Notes: generated by a model not told the origin, from the sequence alone. Counted from the stretch's first letter, positions 25,571-40,462 are shown. The stretch is DNA of 64,000 nucleotides from Vicugna vicugna (GCA_013265495.1 MU058449.1:606176-670175); one strand, 5' to 3'. A program made the numbers and translations.

Positions 25571-27499
25571 ACTGAGTCTGGTTTGCCTCTTCTATCATGC
25601 AGCTCTTTTGGGCTTGAGGCAAGCTGTTTCATGGTGAGAATATTGGATTCCATTGCCACATATATTTGGGGGAATACTAGCTAATAGGGAGCTAGTACAA
25701 ATTGATATTAATACTGCATTGATTACTACTAGCACACTTGCTCACTCTTGTATTGATGTGTATCAAATGTAAGAATGTGTCATAAAACTTGGAGTGAATC
25801 ATTGCTCTAAGTGCTACATTTCTGTGACAACAATGGCAGTGGGCAAAAATGGTATTTACTGACTTTCTGGTTTTTGTTTTTAAACAATTTTATGCTCAAA
25901 CCTTTTGAGTTGCTTCACAAATCAGAAATTTCCCGCTTGGGTTCAGCCCAGGAAGTTTGGAATGAACGTTTTTTTCTAAAGAAGAGAGAATGGGACTGAG
26001 ATTACTTAGACAACATGGTCTGTCATGGTCATATCTATTTTGACTGCACCAGCTTTTTCCTTCTGGGGCTTTCTTCTTTTCTCATTGCCTTTTCTGGGGA
26101 ATTCTGTACCTGGATAGAACAAAGACTCTGAGTGAGTTCCCAGAAAAGTTAGCTGTAACTTTTCTTTTTTTCCCTTTTCTGTTTGAGCTTGGCTTTTTTT
26201 CCTTTCTTTGGGGGCCTTTCACTCCTAGCATGCAAGATACAAGTTTTATTTGTTACCTAACTGTGAATGCTTCTTTAAAGTAATTTTCAGCTGTTTGGTT
26301 TGCTTGTAAGCATTTAAATGTTAAGTGTGTCAGGCACTGTAACTTCTGTTGGAATTTACACCTTCCCTTTCTGACCCACACCAACATGCAACTACAGCAT
26401 CACTTGCTCTGTCACCATGTACCTCCCAGAGAGCAAGAAATGTTGAAAGGAAGGGTGAAGTAAATGTTCTAGAACAGAAAAACAGATGTGTACTCTGTAT
26501 CGTTTCTTCTGCATTATCATCTGGAAATAATGACCCCACTAAATTCCATAATTGTGTTGTACTTTGCTATTAGTAAAGGAGATATTTTGTAGTCAAAAAG
26601 AACATACATTCTCCAAGAGTAAATATTAAGCCACTTGATCTTCTATGAATACTTCTTTGTTACTAAATTCGAATTCTTTGTTTTTCTGACTTACAGTTAC
26701 CTCTCTTAAAATGTTTGAATGATAAATTTTAGATAGTTCTTGCTATCATGATTTATCAGCTGCATCGCATAATCAGGTCTCTATTGTACAGTAGAAAGTG
26801 AAAACAAAGCATATTAAACCTTTAGATTATCTAGTAATTAATGTCTCTGGTCTCTGTCCCATTGCACTGAGCAATTAAAAATAATAATCCTATGTGTAAA
26901 TAGACTATACTATGTTTTTCTCCCCCCTTAATACTAACTCCACTGGGTAGGCACCAGTGGAATAAGAACAGAGCTTTGTGTTTTTGACAACTATATTGCA
27001 TGTTCATTTTGTTTGTTTGTGTAGTTTGTTTTAATTTAACAGATATGGGCAATATTTTTTGAAGTTCTTTATGTCATTTGTGTGAAAAAATAACATTGAG
27101 TTGGGCTTCATTTTCAAAAGCTGTTTATATGACCATGTGTAATGATACCCTATATCCATCAAATTGTTAAGACTTTTTAAAGATACATATATAGAGAAAG
27201 AAATCTAATCAAGTGTAACTACTAGTCTCCATAATGATGAAAACTTTGTCTTATTTTTGAGTATCTTTATGGAATATGTCATGAACATTTTCTTGAATTA
27301 GTGGCTAAAGTTCAAATATTCATTTCAACATTATCTGGTAGCAGCAATTATCAGATGAGATAGTCTGTAAATTTTCATTTTGTAGGACAAAAGATGCATT
27401 TTAATGTATTGTTAATAAATGAACATCACTAAAAAGTAGTTGCTATTGGAGTGTCAGAAATATGAGTGATACTCTTAATACTGTAAGATTTTACTTTAT

Positions 27500-27720
27500 A
27501 AGGTATCAAAAGTAGTCAAAATTCTATTTTCTGTTTCTTTGGGGAGAGGAAACAGGAGAGCTGTTGTTTAATGAGTGTAGAGTTTCAGATTTGTTAAGAC
27601 AAGAAAGTTTTGGAGATCTGTTTCAAAACAATGTGAATATAATTAACATCACTGAACCATACATTTAAAAATGGTTAAGGTGATAAATTCGGTTCTATGT
27701 TTTTTTAATCACAATAAAAG
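27500..27720 (+). mobile_element. L1MB-type 3' end
   Basis: gagctgttgtttaatgagtgtagagtttcag...cactgaaccatacatttaaaaatggttaag...cacaataaaa. Confidence 0.7.
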
Positions 27721-28519
27721 AGAGATTTAGAAAAGAAATAAAACAAGTATTAAAATAACTACAAGAAAAGTTAAGTGTGTTATGGGCTGCACAAGGAGGT
27801 CAGACCAAGACAAGGCTTTTAAAATTAAGAGGATCACTGCCAGCTGAAATGGACAGGGAAGACTGAGGAAATTTAATGTAGGAAGTGAAATTTAAATTAG
27901 GTCTTAGAGAATCAGTAGGATTTTAGATTGAGGAGTTATTAGGGAGAGTAGTTCAGGCAAAGGGAAGAGCACATATGAAAGCAGGTAGTTGAGAAGGTTA
28001 AAAGCATTTTCAGGAGACAGTGCAGTAGCCCCACATGGCTGGTTAATAGGATGAGGGGAGAATAGAGGTTAAGAGTGGAAAATATTGGAAATAGAATGTT
28101 AGGGGCTTTGAATGCTGTTAAGAATGTGGAATGTTTTCAAGAGGCAGAGAATAAACAACAGAAAAATTCTGCAGGAGAAAATGACATTATCAGATAAATT
28201 CTCTAGAAGAGGAGGGGGCAATAGGGAACGGGAGACAAGGGATGACTCAGCATTAGTGAGAGTTGGGACAATAGGATAGAAAGAACAAGCATCATAGAGA
28301 CTCAGCAGAGCTTGGCAGAGATTCAGTGATTGGGCAGGACATGGAAAGATAATTTTGTAATTTCTTTCCTGACCAACTAGAAGAACCTTATCCATTTTAA
28401 GTGTACGCTTCTACAGACAAATGAATATAGTTGTCTCAAGAGGTGTAATAATCATGTTTTCTCTACTCCCCGATGCTCTGAAAGGGTACCCTTAAGTGGT
28501 TTTCCCTCTTCCATTTTTG

Positions 28520-29120
28520 TCTATCAAAGTCCATTCTCCCTCTGTGTTGCAAGTGGAAGTTGATTTTTAAATCACAAATCACATCTTTATACTTCTCTGC
28601 TTTTAAAACACCCAAGGGTCGTTCCTTAGAGTTCAAACAAAAACTCTTAACCGTGTGTGATCTGACACTGTATGGCTTAGCCCTGTAAGAATTTCTGATC
28701 CCTTCTTGTGTTAATGCCTCCTCCTTCCTTCTACCTGAGTAGACTGGCCATCTTCTTGTTCCTCAGTGATGCCAAACTTAGCCTCACTGCCTGAGTGCTT
28801 GCTGGAACACGTTTCCTCCATATCTCCACATGGCTAGTTTTTCTCAGTATTTAGGCCTCAGCTTAAATATCATGTTCAGAAACATCACCCTTTCTACAGT
28901 ATTCAGCCACTCTCCATTTATTATCCTATGATCCTTTTCTCTTGGCTTCATAGACCTTAGATAGAGCCATCTGTAACTGTTGTAATTGTTTACTCAGCTA
29001 TTGTCTATCACTCTCCCTACTGGAAGCTCAATAAAAGAAGCAACCTTACCTCCCTTGTTTACTGCTGTAGCCCAGAATAATACCTGGCATATATCAGGTG
29101 CTCAAAAATCATCTGTTGAG
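28520..29120 (+). mobile_element. L2a 3' remnant
   Basis: Ends ...cttgtttactgctgtagcccagaataatacctggcatatatcaggtgctcaaaaatcatctgttga. Confidence 0.65.
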
Positions 29121-32100
29121 AGAAAGCCATTTTGGACAACAAAGAGGGAAAATTGGAGAACTGAGATTGATGTGCATGTGACGTTCTGGACACTTCACTA
29201 ACTATACGTACAAACTGTTTTTACTGATGAGGAGATTGAAGCTGAGATGTGAAGGGGCTTGTCCACAGTCTTATAGATAGAAAGTAGCGAAGGGGATGTT
29301 TACCTGGATTGGTCTAAATATGAAAGCCACAGCACCATACTGTGGGTTCCTGAAATATAATATCAAATGGTACACATGTCAATCTGAGAAAAGGAGGAGT
29401 CCATGGATGGTTTAATTCTCTCCCTTCCTCCCCACCTACAAAGGTAGATTCATTAATCACATTAATAAATATCTATCCTGAACATTAAGACCAGACTTTA
29501 GAGATATAGGGCTCTTTCTGTGGTTTGGAGATTAGAGGAGTTACAGCCCTGGATCCCAGGGTGAAGGAAGGATACTAAATGGAATACATTGAATTGAACA
29601 GGGAGCCTAAGACAGGACTGGCTATTGGGATTGTGGGTGTTCTGAGGAGCTGAAACCAACCTTGTCAATGTCCTCAGTTCCATTCCTCATGGGGTTAACT
29701 TCAGTTGGAGAGTTTGAGGGCTGCCTCCAGATCTAATGGATCACACCTGCTAGAATTGTCTAGAAAGGAGTGAGAGGAAAGATGCAGTAATCTGAGTCCA
29801 GGAGAAGTCTAGCTGTACCCTGGAGATAGAGAGATTAAAGCAGCATCTCCTAAAATGGAGTAAAAGTGACAGCGATAAGCCAGGATCCCACAAACCTACC
29901 CACAAGCTGGAATCTGGTTACCCAGGTCTGCTGCAGGGATTCCAGGAACAAAAGCATCCCTGAAAGGTCTCAGATTAGGGAGGAGCAATGGGTGGCATGA
30001 CACACAGTGAGTGCCCAGGCTATTTACAGAAATTAGGGCTGATTATGTCCAGGGAGTGACGGAAAAGCCACAAGCTGGTGTGGGGACCTCAGGTGTCGTG
30101 TGATACTTGATCCATCAGAAAATAGGGCATCTATAAAGAACAAGAGATGGCAGGGAGAATGAGGAAGTGCAAAGTACAGGGAAGAGAAGGAGAAAGAGTG
30201 AGCCCAAATGGCCATGGAGTGAAGGGGTCCAGTCAAATTAGCTATTATATTCCAGAGAGATCTGACTTTATGTGTAGCAAAGTGTGTGTGGCCAGGGATG
30301 GGCATCAAATTGTAACAAGGATAAAACGTAGTTCTGTAGCCATCTTTGAATTGATTGATTGTTTGAATTGATTCAGTCCTTAGGCTGAAGATGCAAAATA
30401 CAGTGACTAAGCGAGCTCTACAGAGATGGAACCTGTGACCTTAGAGCCATTTTAGCACCATGTGATACCTACTGAGCTAATGGCAATTAGTCAAAACAAA
30501 GACGTGCAACAAAACCAGATGGTGTCCCTATGGACTGAGCCTGGGGCACTCTCTGGGGCTCATTATCTGCTCTCTCAAAAAAAAAAAAGGCTCAGGAGAT
30601 GTTGTGGTAATTGTGAAAAAACAGACAGGCCAGGGCAAGACAGGACATCGGGACTGACTGGATCTGTGAGCGCAAGATTAGTGTGGGGCAGAAGAGGGCC
30701 TGCTTCACAGGCTATGAGAGGAGGACTTGATGCTAGGGATGGAGGGATTCTTCCATTCCTGCTGCAGTTCAGAGGTCATCATCGTGCTTCCTCTGGGCAG
30801 AACCACGGACCCCTAACTGACCACAGCATTCTCACTGGGGGTCCCCATGGGGCTCTGGCAACAAGAGGCTGGATACCTGTGCTCACCTTTCTTGTATCCC
30901 ACACCTCACCCACTCCCCAGGATACAGTACAACAAGGGTAGCATAAAGAATACACCTGAGGCAGCCACTAGAACACCAAAGTTTGTGAGGTTGCTGGGAG
31001 AACCATGTGTGGTGAGTGAGCTTCACAAAGGGAAAAGCAGGTGTGGGGAAGGACAGTAAGATTCAACGTAAGTGTGGAAAAGTTAACGGGGAGAGGGAAA
31101 GTGGGGAGATGAACCAAGAAAGAAAGAGGTGGGAGAAACAGTTGTGAAAGTTACTGTTTCTGAGCCTGGGAGGGCAGAAAGGAGGGGGCAAAGAATTTGA
31201 CCATTCTTAGAAAGTTATGTCAATTTTGGAAGAGTGGGACAGTTGATTGGGGTTGGGGAATCAGGATGGAGCAGGTGGAAAGATTAGAAAAACACAGTGT
31301 CCTTTGCAGAAGGCAGGGAGCTATGAGGCTCAGAACCTGGGCAATTTTTGTATAAGCAGACTCTTTAAAACAGCTCATGGAATTCAACAAATGTATTTCA
31401 TGCATAATAGAAAGATGCCATTATTATAGGAATGGAAAATATAAAAGATAGTGTGTGTTCAGATAGTTCACAGAGTAGTAGGAAGGTGTGGGAAGAATTC
31501 TAGTAGTACACTGGTTTATGCTAGAGGGATGCCCAGAGGTAAGAGAATAAGAAGTGATTTGTCTGGAGGGGAAATATATTAGCAGGCCTATGGGAACTGG
31601 TAGCACCTGAGTTCTAGTAGGAATAAGTTGCTTCCTGAGATGGAAAATGGAGAGGAGGTGGAGATAACTGTTGGTTCAAAGGCAAGGATTATGAACCAGT
31701 ATGCAGTATTTGGGACTGGATTAAAATCTTGGAGTCTAGACATAAAGGACTCCAACATTTACTAGGAAGTCACTTGGAACAGACTTTGCAGACCAAATAT
31801 GATTACTGAGCAATGTCTTAAAATTAATACAGTATAGTTTTAAGCTATTGGTGGCCCAAATCTCTGGATGGTAGAACTTGGGGAACCTCAAAAAATTCAA
31901 TAGTAATATCTTCTATCCCTTATACATGGGCTGGTTTTCTGCCTGTCTTGCACTACTGGTAATCTGCTGGTGTCCTTTCCCCCAGATTCTTCAGGGCAAA
32001 AGTGAACCCCATCGGTGTCCTCATCAAAGACACAGTATGAGGAAAAATCTGAAAATAGGGAGCAGCAGAACTGATCACTGCCTTATATTACAATAACCTA

Positions 32101-33289
32101 CAAAGATCTGAGACTAAGAACAGGGAGGTGATTACCTAGACTTAGGCTCTGTAATTTACCAAATCATTTCTATTCCCTGAATTGTTTTATTCCTCAACCC
32201 CACATATTATGCTTTTTTTTAATGCTCCCTATATGCCCAGATCTCTTGCATATTCACATTTCATAATGTATCTGATGTAATCTCTTACTTTGTTAGGTAG
32301 TTACCCATGGGACATACTACCTGTCTCCAGCAGATTTGCGGGGTGCTCAGCACTGAAGATTCCTCTTTCAGGACAGTCAAGGTTAATATGGAGACAAATG
32401 GGGTCTCTCGGGAAATGGAAAGGCAATCACCACCTTGGAGAGAAGTTCAGTCTCTTAGCCATTTCTTCCTACTGTTGTTTATCCCCTGTTACCCAACTTT
32501 TAGGAATTCCTCTCACATTGGCCACTTACTGAAGCCTTTCTAATTCTGTAGCGCTCAATCCCAGGGCCTGGGAGGAGAGACGGTCAGCAGGGGTTCAGGG
32601 AAGAGGAAAACAATATCTGTGGCAGAATGCATGTGAGGTATGATGATACAGAGAAAGAAATTCCACTTACAAAATGTATTTTTGATGGTCTGAAAATCAG
32701 TGACATATCTGAGGAATTACAGGAGTTCTGGAAAGCTACAATGCATGATTCAAAACAGATTAAACAGTAAAGGTTGTCTGGAGCCAGATGGTGAAGGGGT
32801 TTCTATGGCAAATAAAGGTGTGGACTTTATTTTAAAGCAGTGGAAAACCAGCTGGGTTTAAGGAAAGACACCACAGCCACATTATCAGATTGCAAATTAG
32901 AAATAACACCGTGGGATCTCTGCAGAGGAGCGATAAAAATGCAGAAGAGTTGATAGCCCGGAAACTAGTGGAGATAAAGTCCTCAGCAAAGGCCACAGCC
33001 ATGTCGATGAGTGAAAGGATTGGATTCGGGAAAAATATTTGAGATGAGACAATGGAGTTTACTGAGTAATTGACAGTTACTCATTTGATAGGAGAATATG
33101 TTTTTCCAAGAAAAAATAAAGAATTTGGGGTAAGGCTAAAGTCATCTTTGAATTCTATCCTCAATTCAGCATTATTCCCTTTTCCCTAGCCATTACTTCT
33201 TTAGTCAAATCAATTTAATGCAAATCCTTCTAGCACCTCTAGGCACTTAAGTACAAATGTAGCTATTTGGGAGATAGAATACTTTAGGA

Positions 33290-35130
33290 GACTTTTAAAA
33301 CATGTATGATACCATAATGCATAAATCACTATTATGCATTTTTTAACTTAGCAATGTATCTTCATTCTTAACTATTAAGATTATTGTGCATCATGGCCAT
33401 TTCCCTGATTAGTTATCAGAACTAATATGAAGAATTATAAAGAACTAATTGTTTCCCCTTGACAACAAAAATCTTTTTTTATGCCTCTTTAAACATGAGA
33501 GCCTTTCTCTCTGATCAATATTAAAAAAACTAGAATTGCCAAACCAAGCAGATTTCTTGTTTAATGGGTTCTGCCAAATTGTTCCCAAAAGGGCTAGCTT
33601 GTTTTATAATCTAGACAACCTTGATTAAGAACAATCTTTTAATATCTTTTACAGAATGTAATTTTATCAAATTTTATTTATCCCACATGATGGGTTAAGA
33701 AGTGTCTTGTTATTTTTAAATGTGTATTCCTTTAGTAACCACTGAGATTGATTTTATACATTTGTTTAGCATTTGTATATATTATTATATGAAAAAAATC
33801 AGATTTTGCCAGATTTGACATGATATTGCCCATCTTTTGTTCGTAGTTTTTTTCTTAATAAATTTCAAATTATTAATGTTTTTCAGTAATGTAAGCCGCA
33901 AATATTGTCCGATTCTGGGACACACTCTTCCGTTGTTTCCCATATCTTTCAACCTCATATAAGGTACCATGGTTACATTAGATTTTTTCTTTTTGTTGTG
34001 AAATTATTTTATTATTGTAAAACACTTAACATGAGATCTAACCTCTTAAAATTTTTTTAAGTTGGTAAATCTAGGAACAGTGTTGTACAGAAGATTTTTA
34101 GAACTTTTTCATCTTGCATGACTGAAAATTGATTCTCGTTAAACAGAAATTTCCTGTTTCCCCCACCCCCAGAATCTGGGACCACCATTCTCCTCTGTGT
34201 TTCTCTGAGTTTGACTACTAATATACTTTATATAAGTGGAATCATGCAGCATTTGTCCTCCTGTGACAGGCTTAAGCAACAACATCCTGGAGGACAGTAT
34301 GCTAAAATAATAAAAAATTTGATTAAAAAATAATAAAGTAGTATTATTGTATATGCATTTATAATTATTGTATCTTAGAGATATTGACCTTATTTCATAA
34401 TGAAATGTCTTTCTTCATTTAATAATATTTTCTGTCTTGAGTCTTTTTATCTGATATTGGTATAGCCACTTCAGCTCTTTTTTGGTTATTGTTGGCATGA
34501 TACATGTTTTTCCATTCTTTTATTTTCCTCTTATTTACATATATCTTGGAATCCATATGTGTTTCCTGTGTGCAGAATATAGTTACTCTTTCTTTTTCTA
34601 CTCTGTACAACAGTGTCTGCTTTTTGTGAGGATTTTTTAGCCCATGTACTTTGTAATTATTGAAATTATGGTTCCAGTGGTTGGAAATGGTTGGAATTTC
34701 ATGTGCCATTTTGCCAGAACTCCTTATTAAATTTCCAGTTACTCTGATGATCCACAGCTTGCCCCAAAGAAGACCACTGGCTCTGGGTGGTAGAACATCT
34801 GGTCCTCCCTTTTTGCTCACCACCAAGATCACCACACTAATTGGCAAGCTCCAAGTCAGGGAAGCTAGCTCAGGCAGCTAGACCAAAGCTGTCGGCTTTC
34901 CCTGTCTGGTGACTGCTGACAACTGAAGGCAGTGGGGATGATGAGAGCAACCCCAGGCCAGAAAGCCAAGAACATGGTGGTTATTTCCCAATATTCAGTA
35001 GTCTTCATGAATAGGCTTATATCTCTGATGGATTTCAGAGTGCTGAAATTATATTAGTGACAGTTTTCCCAGTTTTATAGTTGCTTTTTTGGAGAGAGGA
35101 TGTTTCAACCTCCGTACTTCATCATACCAG
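33290..35130 (-). mobile_element. Composite old L1 fragments, including an endonuclease-domain remnant
   Basis: Minus-strand translation KIKEWKNMYHANNNQKRAEVAIPISDK (~34445-34530) resembles the L1 ORF2 endonuclease. An L1MA-type 3' end lies at ~33985-34275. Confidence 0.7.
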
Positions 35131-36338
35131 AAATGAATATTTGTTTCTATTTATACATCTTTTAATATTTTCCTTTTATAGTTTAAAAGTTATTACATTT
35201 TATTTTAAAATACTTCACTTCATGTTTTAGGATATGTGCATTTAGAATTTTCCAGTGAATGTTTAGAGTTAATTTATATCCATAGCATCCCCTAAGAATA
35301 TAATTTAGCATGTTTTTATTTTGCTCTTTCCCACATCACAATTTCATGATCCTTTTGTCTGGAATTTCAGTTTTAACTTTTTGGATATTTAACTAAAGGA
35401 GGGAGATCTGACTATAGTGTGTGTCCAGTCCTTCTTGTTGAAATTATAAATAATATTTGGATATTAAATGTGAAAAGAGTCTAATTATGAGGCTCTTATT
35501 CTGGAAAATTGTTGGGTGGTAATACCACCAACTGATTTAGGGAACCAAAATATGTTTCTTATTATGCATATATATTTTTTGGTTGCTGTTGTAATTTTCC
35601 CACCACTGCCTCCTAACTGAGAAAACTGGAATTGGTTTAAAGATGCATCGGTTAAGATCTGTTCTGTATTACTGAATTTAAAATGCTTCGGACATCCAAG
35701 TAGAAATTTGGATGAGATAAATATAGAATGATCAGGGGATATATTTGTGATTCATCAATTTATAAAGTTTAGTTGAAGTCAGGAAGAATACCACTGAGGA
35801 AAAAGAAAAGGAAAAAGTGTATATTCATAGCAGCCAGCAGTCATTGAGAAAATGATCAGTTTAGGAAAGGTGAATGCCTTTGATTTAGTAATAAAGGAGT
35901 AATTGGTGACCTTAATGAGAGCAATTAACATTGAAATGTGAATGTGTTAAATCAGCTCAAAAGTCAGATTGCCTGGGACTGGGAGGATTAGAAAAATGTG
36001 TCTATAGGAGTATAGACCCCCTCCCCCGTGTTTGCCATTAAGGGAGGAGGTAAGTTAGGGAAAAGATAACGGGAAAAATGGGGTTGAGGACAATGGGAAA
36101 ATAATTCAAGAGTTTTGAAGACAGCTATAGAAAAAGCTCCAAGGCAAGGGATGACAGCAGTCTAGTTATTAGAATGTCTCTGTGTGAAAGGAGGAAATGT
36201 GTGTGTGTATGTTATGCCTGGGGCAGGAGAGGAAGGAGGCAGGCTGTTTTAGAAAGCATTATGCAAATATGTCATGAGATTAAGTATGTCTTTTTAATCA
36301 GTTTTCAGGTTGCACAGTTCAAAGTGGGACCCTGAACC

Positions 36339-37310
36339 ATGTCTACATTCCTCACCCAGTCAGCTCCCAATACCAGCACTTCAATGGCCCCCACCTTCCT
36401 GTTGGTGGGCATGCCGGGCCTGTCAGCTGTACCCTCCTGGTGGGCGATAGCCCTCCTCACTGTCTACCTTCTCTCTGCCCTGGGCAATGGTGCTATCCTC
36501 TGGATCATTGCCCTGGAGCCCGCGCTGCACTGCCCAATGTACTTTTTCCTCTTCCTGCTCAGTGTGTCTGATGTTGGCTTGACCACAGTCCTGATGCCCA
36601 CCCTGCTGGGTCTTGCTCTTGCAGATGCTTATGCTGTCCCTGCCTCAGCTTGCCTCCTACAGATGTTCTTCATCCATGTCTTTTCTGTCATGGAGTCTTC
36701 TGTGTTACTCACTATGGCCTTAGATCGGGCACTGGCCATCTGCCGCCCTCTCCACTACCCAACACTCCTCACCAGTGGCATTGTTAGCAAGATCTGCCTG
36801 GTCATTGCTCTCCGATGTCTGGGTCTCCATCTGCCCCTGCCATTCCTCCTGGCCCACATGCCCTACTGCCGTCCACAGGTCCTGACCCATTCCTACTGCT
36901 TGCACCCAGATGTGGTCCGTCTGGCCTGCCCTGGAGCATGGGGTGCAGTCTACAGCTTCTTTGTGGTCCTGTCAGCCATGGGGTTGGACCCCATGCTTAT
37001 TTTTCTCTCCTATGGCCTAATTGGCAGAGTGTTACAAGGTTTGGAATCCAGTGGGTATCGCTGGAAGGCTGGCCAAACCTGTGCTGCCCACCTCTGTGCA
37101 GTACTTCTCTTCTACATGCCCGTGATCCTCCTGGCACTCATCGACCATCTTCGGGTGCCAGTCCCTCAGCCTGCCCACACTCTTCTCTCCTATGTCCACT
37201 TCCTGCTTCCTCCATTGATAAACCCTGTTCTCTATAGTGTCAAGATGAGGGAGATTAGACAGAGGATACTCAAGAGGCTGCAACCCAGGAAGGTGGGTTG
37301 TGTTCAGTGA
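36339..37310 (+). CDS. OR51S1: Olfactory receptor 51S1, intact, 323 aa
   Basis: Intact 7TM ORF. MAPTFLLVGMPGLS, DRALAICRPLHYP, WKAGQTCAAH and RLQPRKVG match recalled human OR51S1. A ttttcag acceptor lies ~30 nt upstream. Confidence 0.93.
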   Translation: MSTFLTQSAPNTSTSMAPTFLLVGMPGLSAVPSWWAIALLTVYLLSALGNGAILWIIALEPALHCPMYFFLFLLSVSDVGLTTVLMPTLLGLALADAYAVPASACLLQMFFIHVFSVMESSVLLTMALDRALAICRPLHYPTLLTSGIVSKICLVIALRCLGLHLPLPFLLAHMPYCRPQVLTHSYCLHPDVVRLACPGAWGAVYSFFVVLSAMGLDPMLIFLSYGLIGRVLQGLESSGYRWKAGQTCAAHLCAVLLFYMPVILLALIDHLRVPVPQPAHTLLSYVHFLLPPLINPVLYSVKMREIRQRILKRLQPRKVGCVQ

Positions 37311-37599
37311 GGAGGGTGTTCCTCCACGCTTGGTGGCTCAGGGCTACCGGATTCAAAGGTTTCTGTGACTGAGAACTCATTTCATCATGCATGAAATGGT
37401 CATTCAGGTGCACCAGAATGCATATACGCCAATATATCTGCCTGCCCCTAGAAGCATGCATGTGCTCATTGATGAAAACTTAACAAGCCCCAGAGAATGT
37501 ACCCACTTTTATACCACAGGTGCCGGGCATCAAAAGGGCCAGAATCTAGGTCTTGTCACTATCCTTCAAGTGTGTTTTTGAGTGTACCTTTTTCTGCAT

Positions 37600-39031
37600 A
37601 TCCACCAAAATTCACCAATACCCCTATTCTTAAATTTTCATAGTGAGAATAATCTCATTTTACTTTGTGTCAAATTTCGCTAATAGTATCAATGAGTGTC
37701 TTTCACATATCTACTGGTTATTTTATTTCCTCCTCTATGAGTAGCCTCTTCAAAAATCCTTCACCCATTTTTCTATTGGATTTTTTATGGTTTAAAAACA
37801 AATGTGCAAGATATCCTAGTTTTAATCTTTGCCAATAGAGTATTTGCCTTTGTCTTTATTTAAGCAACCAAATTTCAAGTAAATATAGTTTTACGTAATC
37901 AAATCTACATTTATATTTCTTTATAATTTTTGTGTTTCATATGTCTCTTTTAAGACAAGTATTTTTGGCCCATATGTTCTACATATATTCTTTTATGATT
38001 TTTTTCTAGAATCATTATAATAGTTTTTACCTCTAAGTCTTTCTGTGTCAGGAGTCCAAAGTTCTATTAACCAAGACAATTATGTACTAGTGGCAGCATC
38101 TTCTATTAAATACATTTTCTTTTTCTCATTGAAATAAAATACCATGCATGTCATCTTTTAGATGTGTCTGTGCATATAGACTTGGCTTTAGAGATCTTTT
38201 TATGGAGCATGATATATGTGTGTATACACACACATGAGATATATACATACATACACATCACTGATCTGTTAGAATAGCCTCATAGCGTGATTTAGTTAAT
38301 AGATTTAGTTAATATGTGGTATAAAGAGATACCTTCTCACAAAACAAACAAGAGCTTTGGAATTCTAACAAGAATTACATTATTTTTATATATTAAATAT
38401 AAGGGAATCAGCATTTATGAAAGTTTTCACATTGAAGAATTTAATAGGTGTTTCAGTTATTAACACCTATTTTATACTTTTCAGTAAAATTATTCACATA
38501 GTTAAATTTATCTGTGTAGTTTTTAAATGTATGATTGTGTTGCTACTGTAAATAAGACATTCCCTTCTTCTCTCTCCATATATATATTGCTAGATTGAGA
38601 AAAACATCTTTTATCTTGCATTAATATATACTTTACCAAATTGTCCTAAACATAATAGTAGTATTTTCTTAATTTTTGGATTTTATTTGCAGTTAGCATT
38701 CATAAGTAAAAACAGGTGATTGGTAACTTTCCCCTAATACTCATATAAATTATTTCTTATTTTATTCATTTCATTGGAATCTCCAACCTATTATGAAAGT
38801 TTGAGTGAGCATTGAAATGTTGTTTCTCATTTTAATATAAATGGCATTAGTGTTTCGCCTATTTGAAGAATGGTTGGTGCTAGATCTTTGGGTAAACTTT
38901 ATAACTTTAAATAGTTCATTAGTATTCCAATTTTATTAATTTTTAGTAAGCATACTTAATGAATCCTATTAAATTCTTTGTCAGCATGCACTAACACAAT
39001 CATAATGTCTAACGTGTTGAACAACTGAAAT
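37600..39031 (-). mobile_element. Highly decayed old L1M remnant
   Basis: Antisense L1 motifs such as tttcacatatctactggttattttatttcctcctctatgagtagcct...cccatttttctattgg. Confidence 0.55.
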
Positions 39032-39045
39032 ATCCTTGTTTTCTT

Positions 39046-40434
39046 TTTTTAACATTTTTATTGATTTATAATCATTTTACAATGTTGTATCAAATTCTAG
39101 TGTAGAGCACAATTTTTCAGTTATGTATGAACATACATATATTCATTGTCATATTTTTTTCTCCATGAGCTACCATAAGATCTTGTATATATTTCCCTGT
39201 GCTATACAGTATAATCTTTTTATCTATTTTACAATTTTGAAATCCCAGTCTATCCCTTCCCACCCTCCGCCCCCTTGGCAACCACAAGTTTGTATTCTAT
39301 GTCTATGAGTCTATTTCTGTTTTGCATTTATGCTTTGTTTGTTTTTTGGGTTTTTTTTTTAGATTCCACATATGAGCAATCTCATATGGTATTTTTCTTT
39401 CTCTTTCTGGCTTACTTCACTTAGAATGACATTCCCCAGGAGAATCCATGTTGCTGCAAACGGCGTTATGTTGTTGATTCTTATGGCTGAGTAGTAGTCC
39501 ATTGTATACTTATACCACCTCTTCTTTATCCAGTCATCCGTTGATGGACATTTAGGCTGTCTCCATGTCTTGGCTATTGTAAATAGTGCTGTTATGAACA
39601 TTGGGGTGCAGGTGTCATCCTGAAGTAGTGTTCCTTCTGGATATATGCCCAGGAGCGGGATTCCTGGGTCATACAGTAAGTCTATTCCTAGTCTTTTTAG
39701 GAATCTCCACACTGTTTTCCATAGTGGCTGCACCAAACTGCATTCCCACCAGCAGTGTAGGAGGGTTCCCCTTTCTCCACAGCCTCTCCAGCATTTGTCA
39801 TTTGTGGATTTTTGAATGATGGTCATTCTGACTGGTGTGAGGTGATACCTCATTGTAGTTCTGATTTGCATTTCTCTGATAATTAGTGATATTGACCATT
39901 TTTTTATGTGCCTATTGATCATTTGTATGTCTTCCTTGGAGAATTGCTTGTTTAGGTCTTCTGCCCATTTTTGGATTAGGTTGTTTGGTTGTTTCTTATT
40001 AAGTCATAGGAGCTGTTTATATGTTCTGGAGATCAAGCCTTTGTCGGTTTCATTTGCAAAAATTTTTCCCCATTCTGTAGGTTGTCTTTTTGTTTTACTT
40101 ATGGTTTCCTTTGCTGTGCAGAAGCTTGTAAGTTTCATTAGGTCCCATTTGTTTATTCTTGCTTTTATTTCTGTTGCTTGAGTAGACTGTTCTAGGAGAA
40201 CATTTTTGAGATGTATGTCAGATAATGTCTTGCCNNNNNNNNNNNNNNNNNNNNNNNNNNNNNNNNNNNNNNNNNNNNNNNNNNNNNNNNNNNNNNNNNN
40301 NNNNNNNNNNNNNNNNNNNNNNNNNNNNNNNNNNNNNNNNNTACATGCTGCAGTTTTCCCAACACCATTTGCTGAAGAGACTGTCTTTATTCCATTGTAT
40401 ATTCTTGCCTCCTTTGTCGAAGATTAGTTGACCA
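39046..40434 (-). mobile_element. Young 5'-truncated L1 (ORF2 C-terminus and 3' UTR) with perfect 14-bp TSD
   Basis: ORF2 peptides [27 protein letters not shown] and [29 protein letters not shown] atccttgttttctt at 39032-39045 and 40435-40448. Confidence 0.93.
40235..40341. other. Assembly gap (107 N) inside the L1
   Basis: Run of N. Confidence 0.99.
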
Positions 40435-40462
40435 ATCCTTGTTTTCTTATAATTATAGAAGA

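Noticed and set aside
30462..30941. 159-aa ORF
   Set aside because: GTG start, includes an A-tract-derived Lys run, no homology recognised.
33315..33340. aatgcataa / ttatgcatt hairpin
   Set aside because: A 9-bp AT-rich stem is expected by chance in 64 kb.
39359..39922. 187-aa ORF
   Set aside because: C-terminus of L1 ORF2 in a 5'-truncated element, not a host gene.
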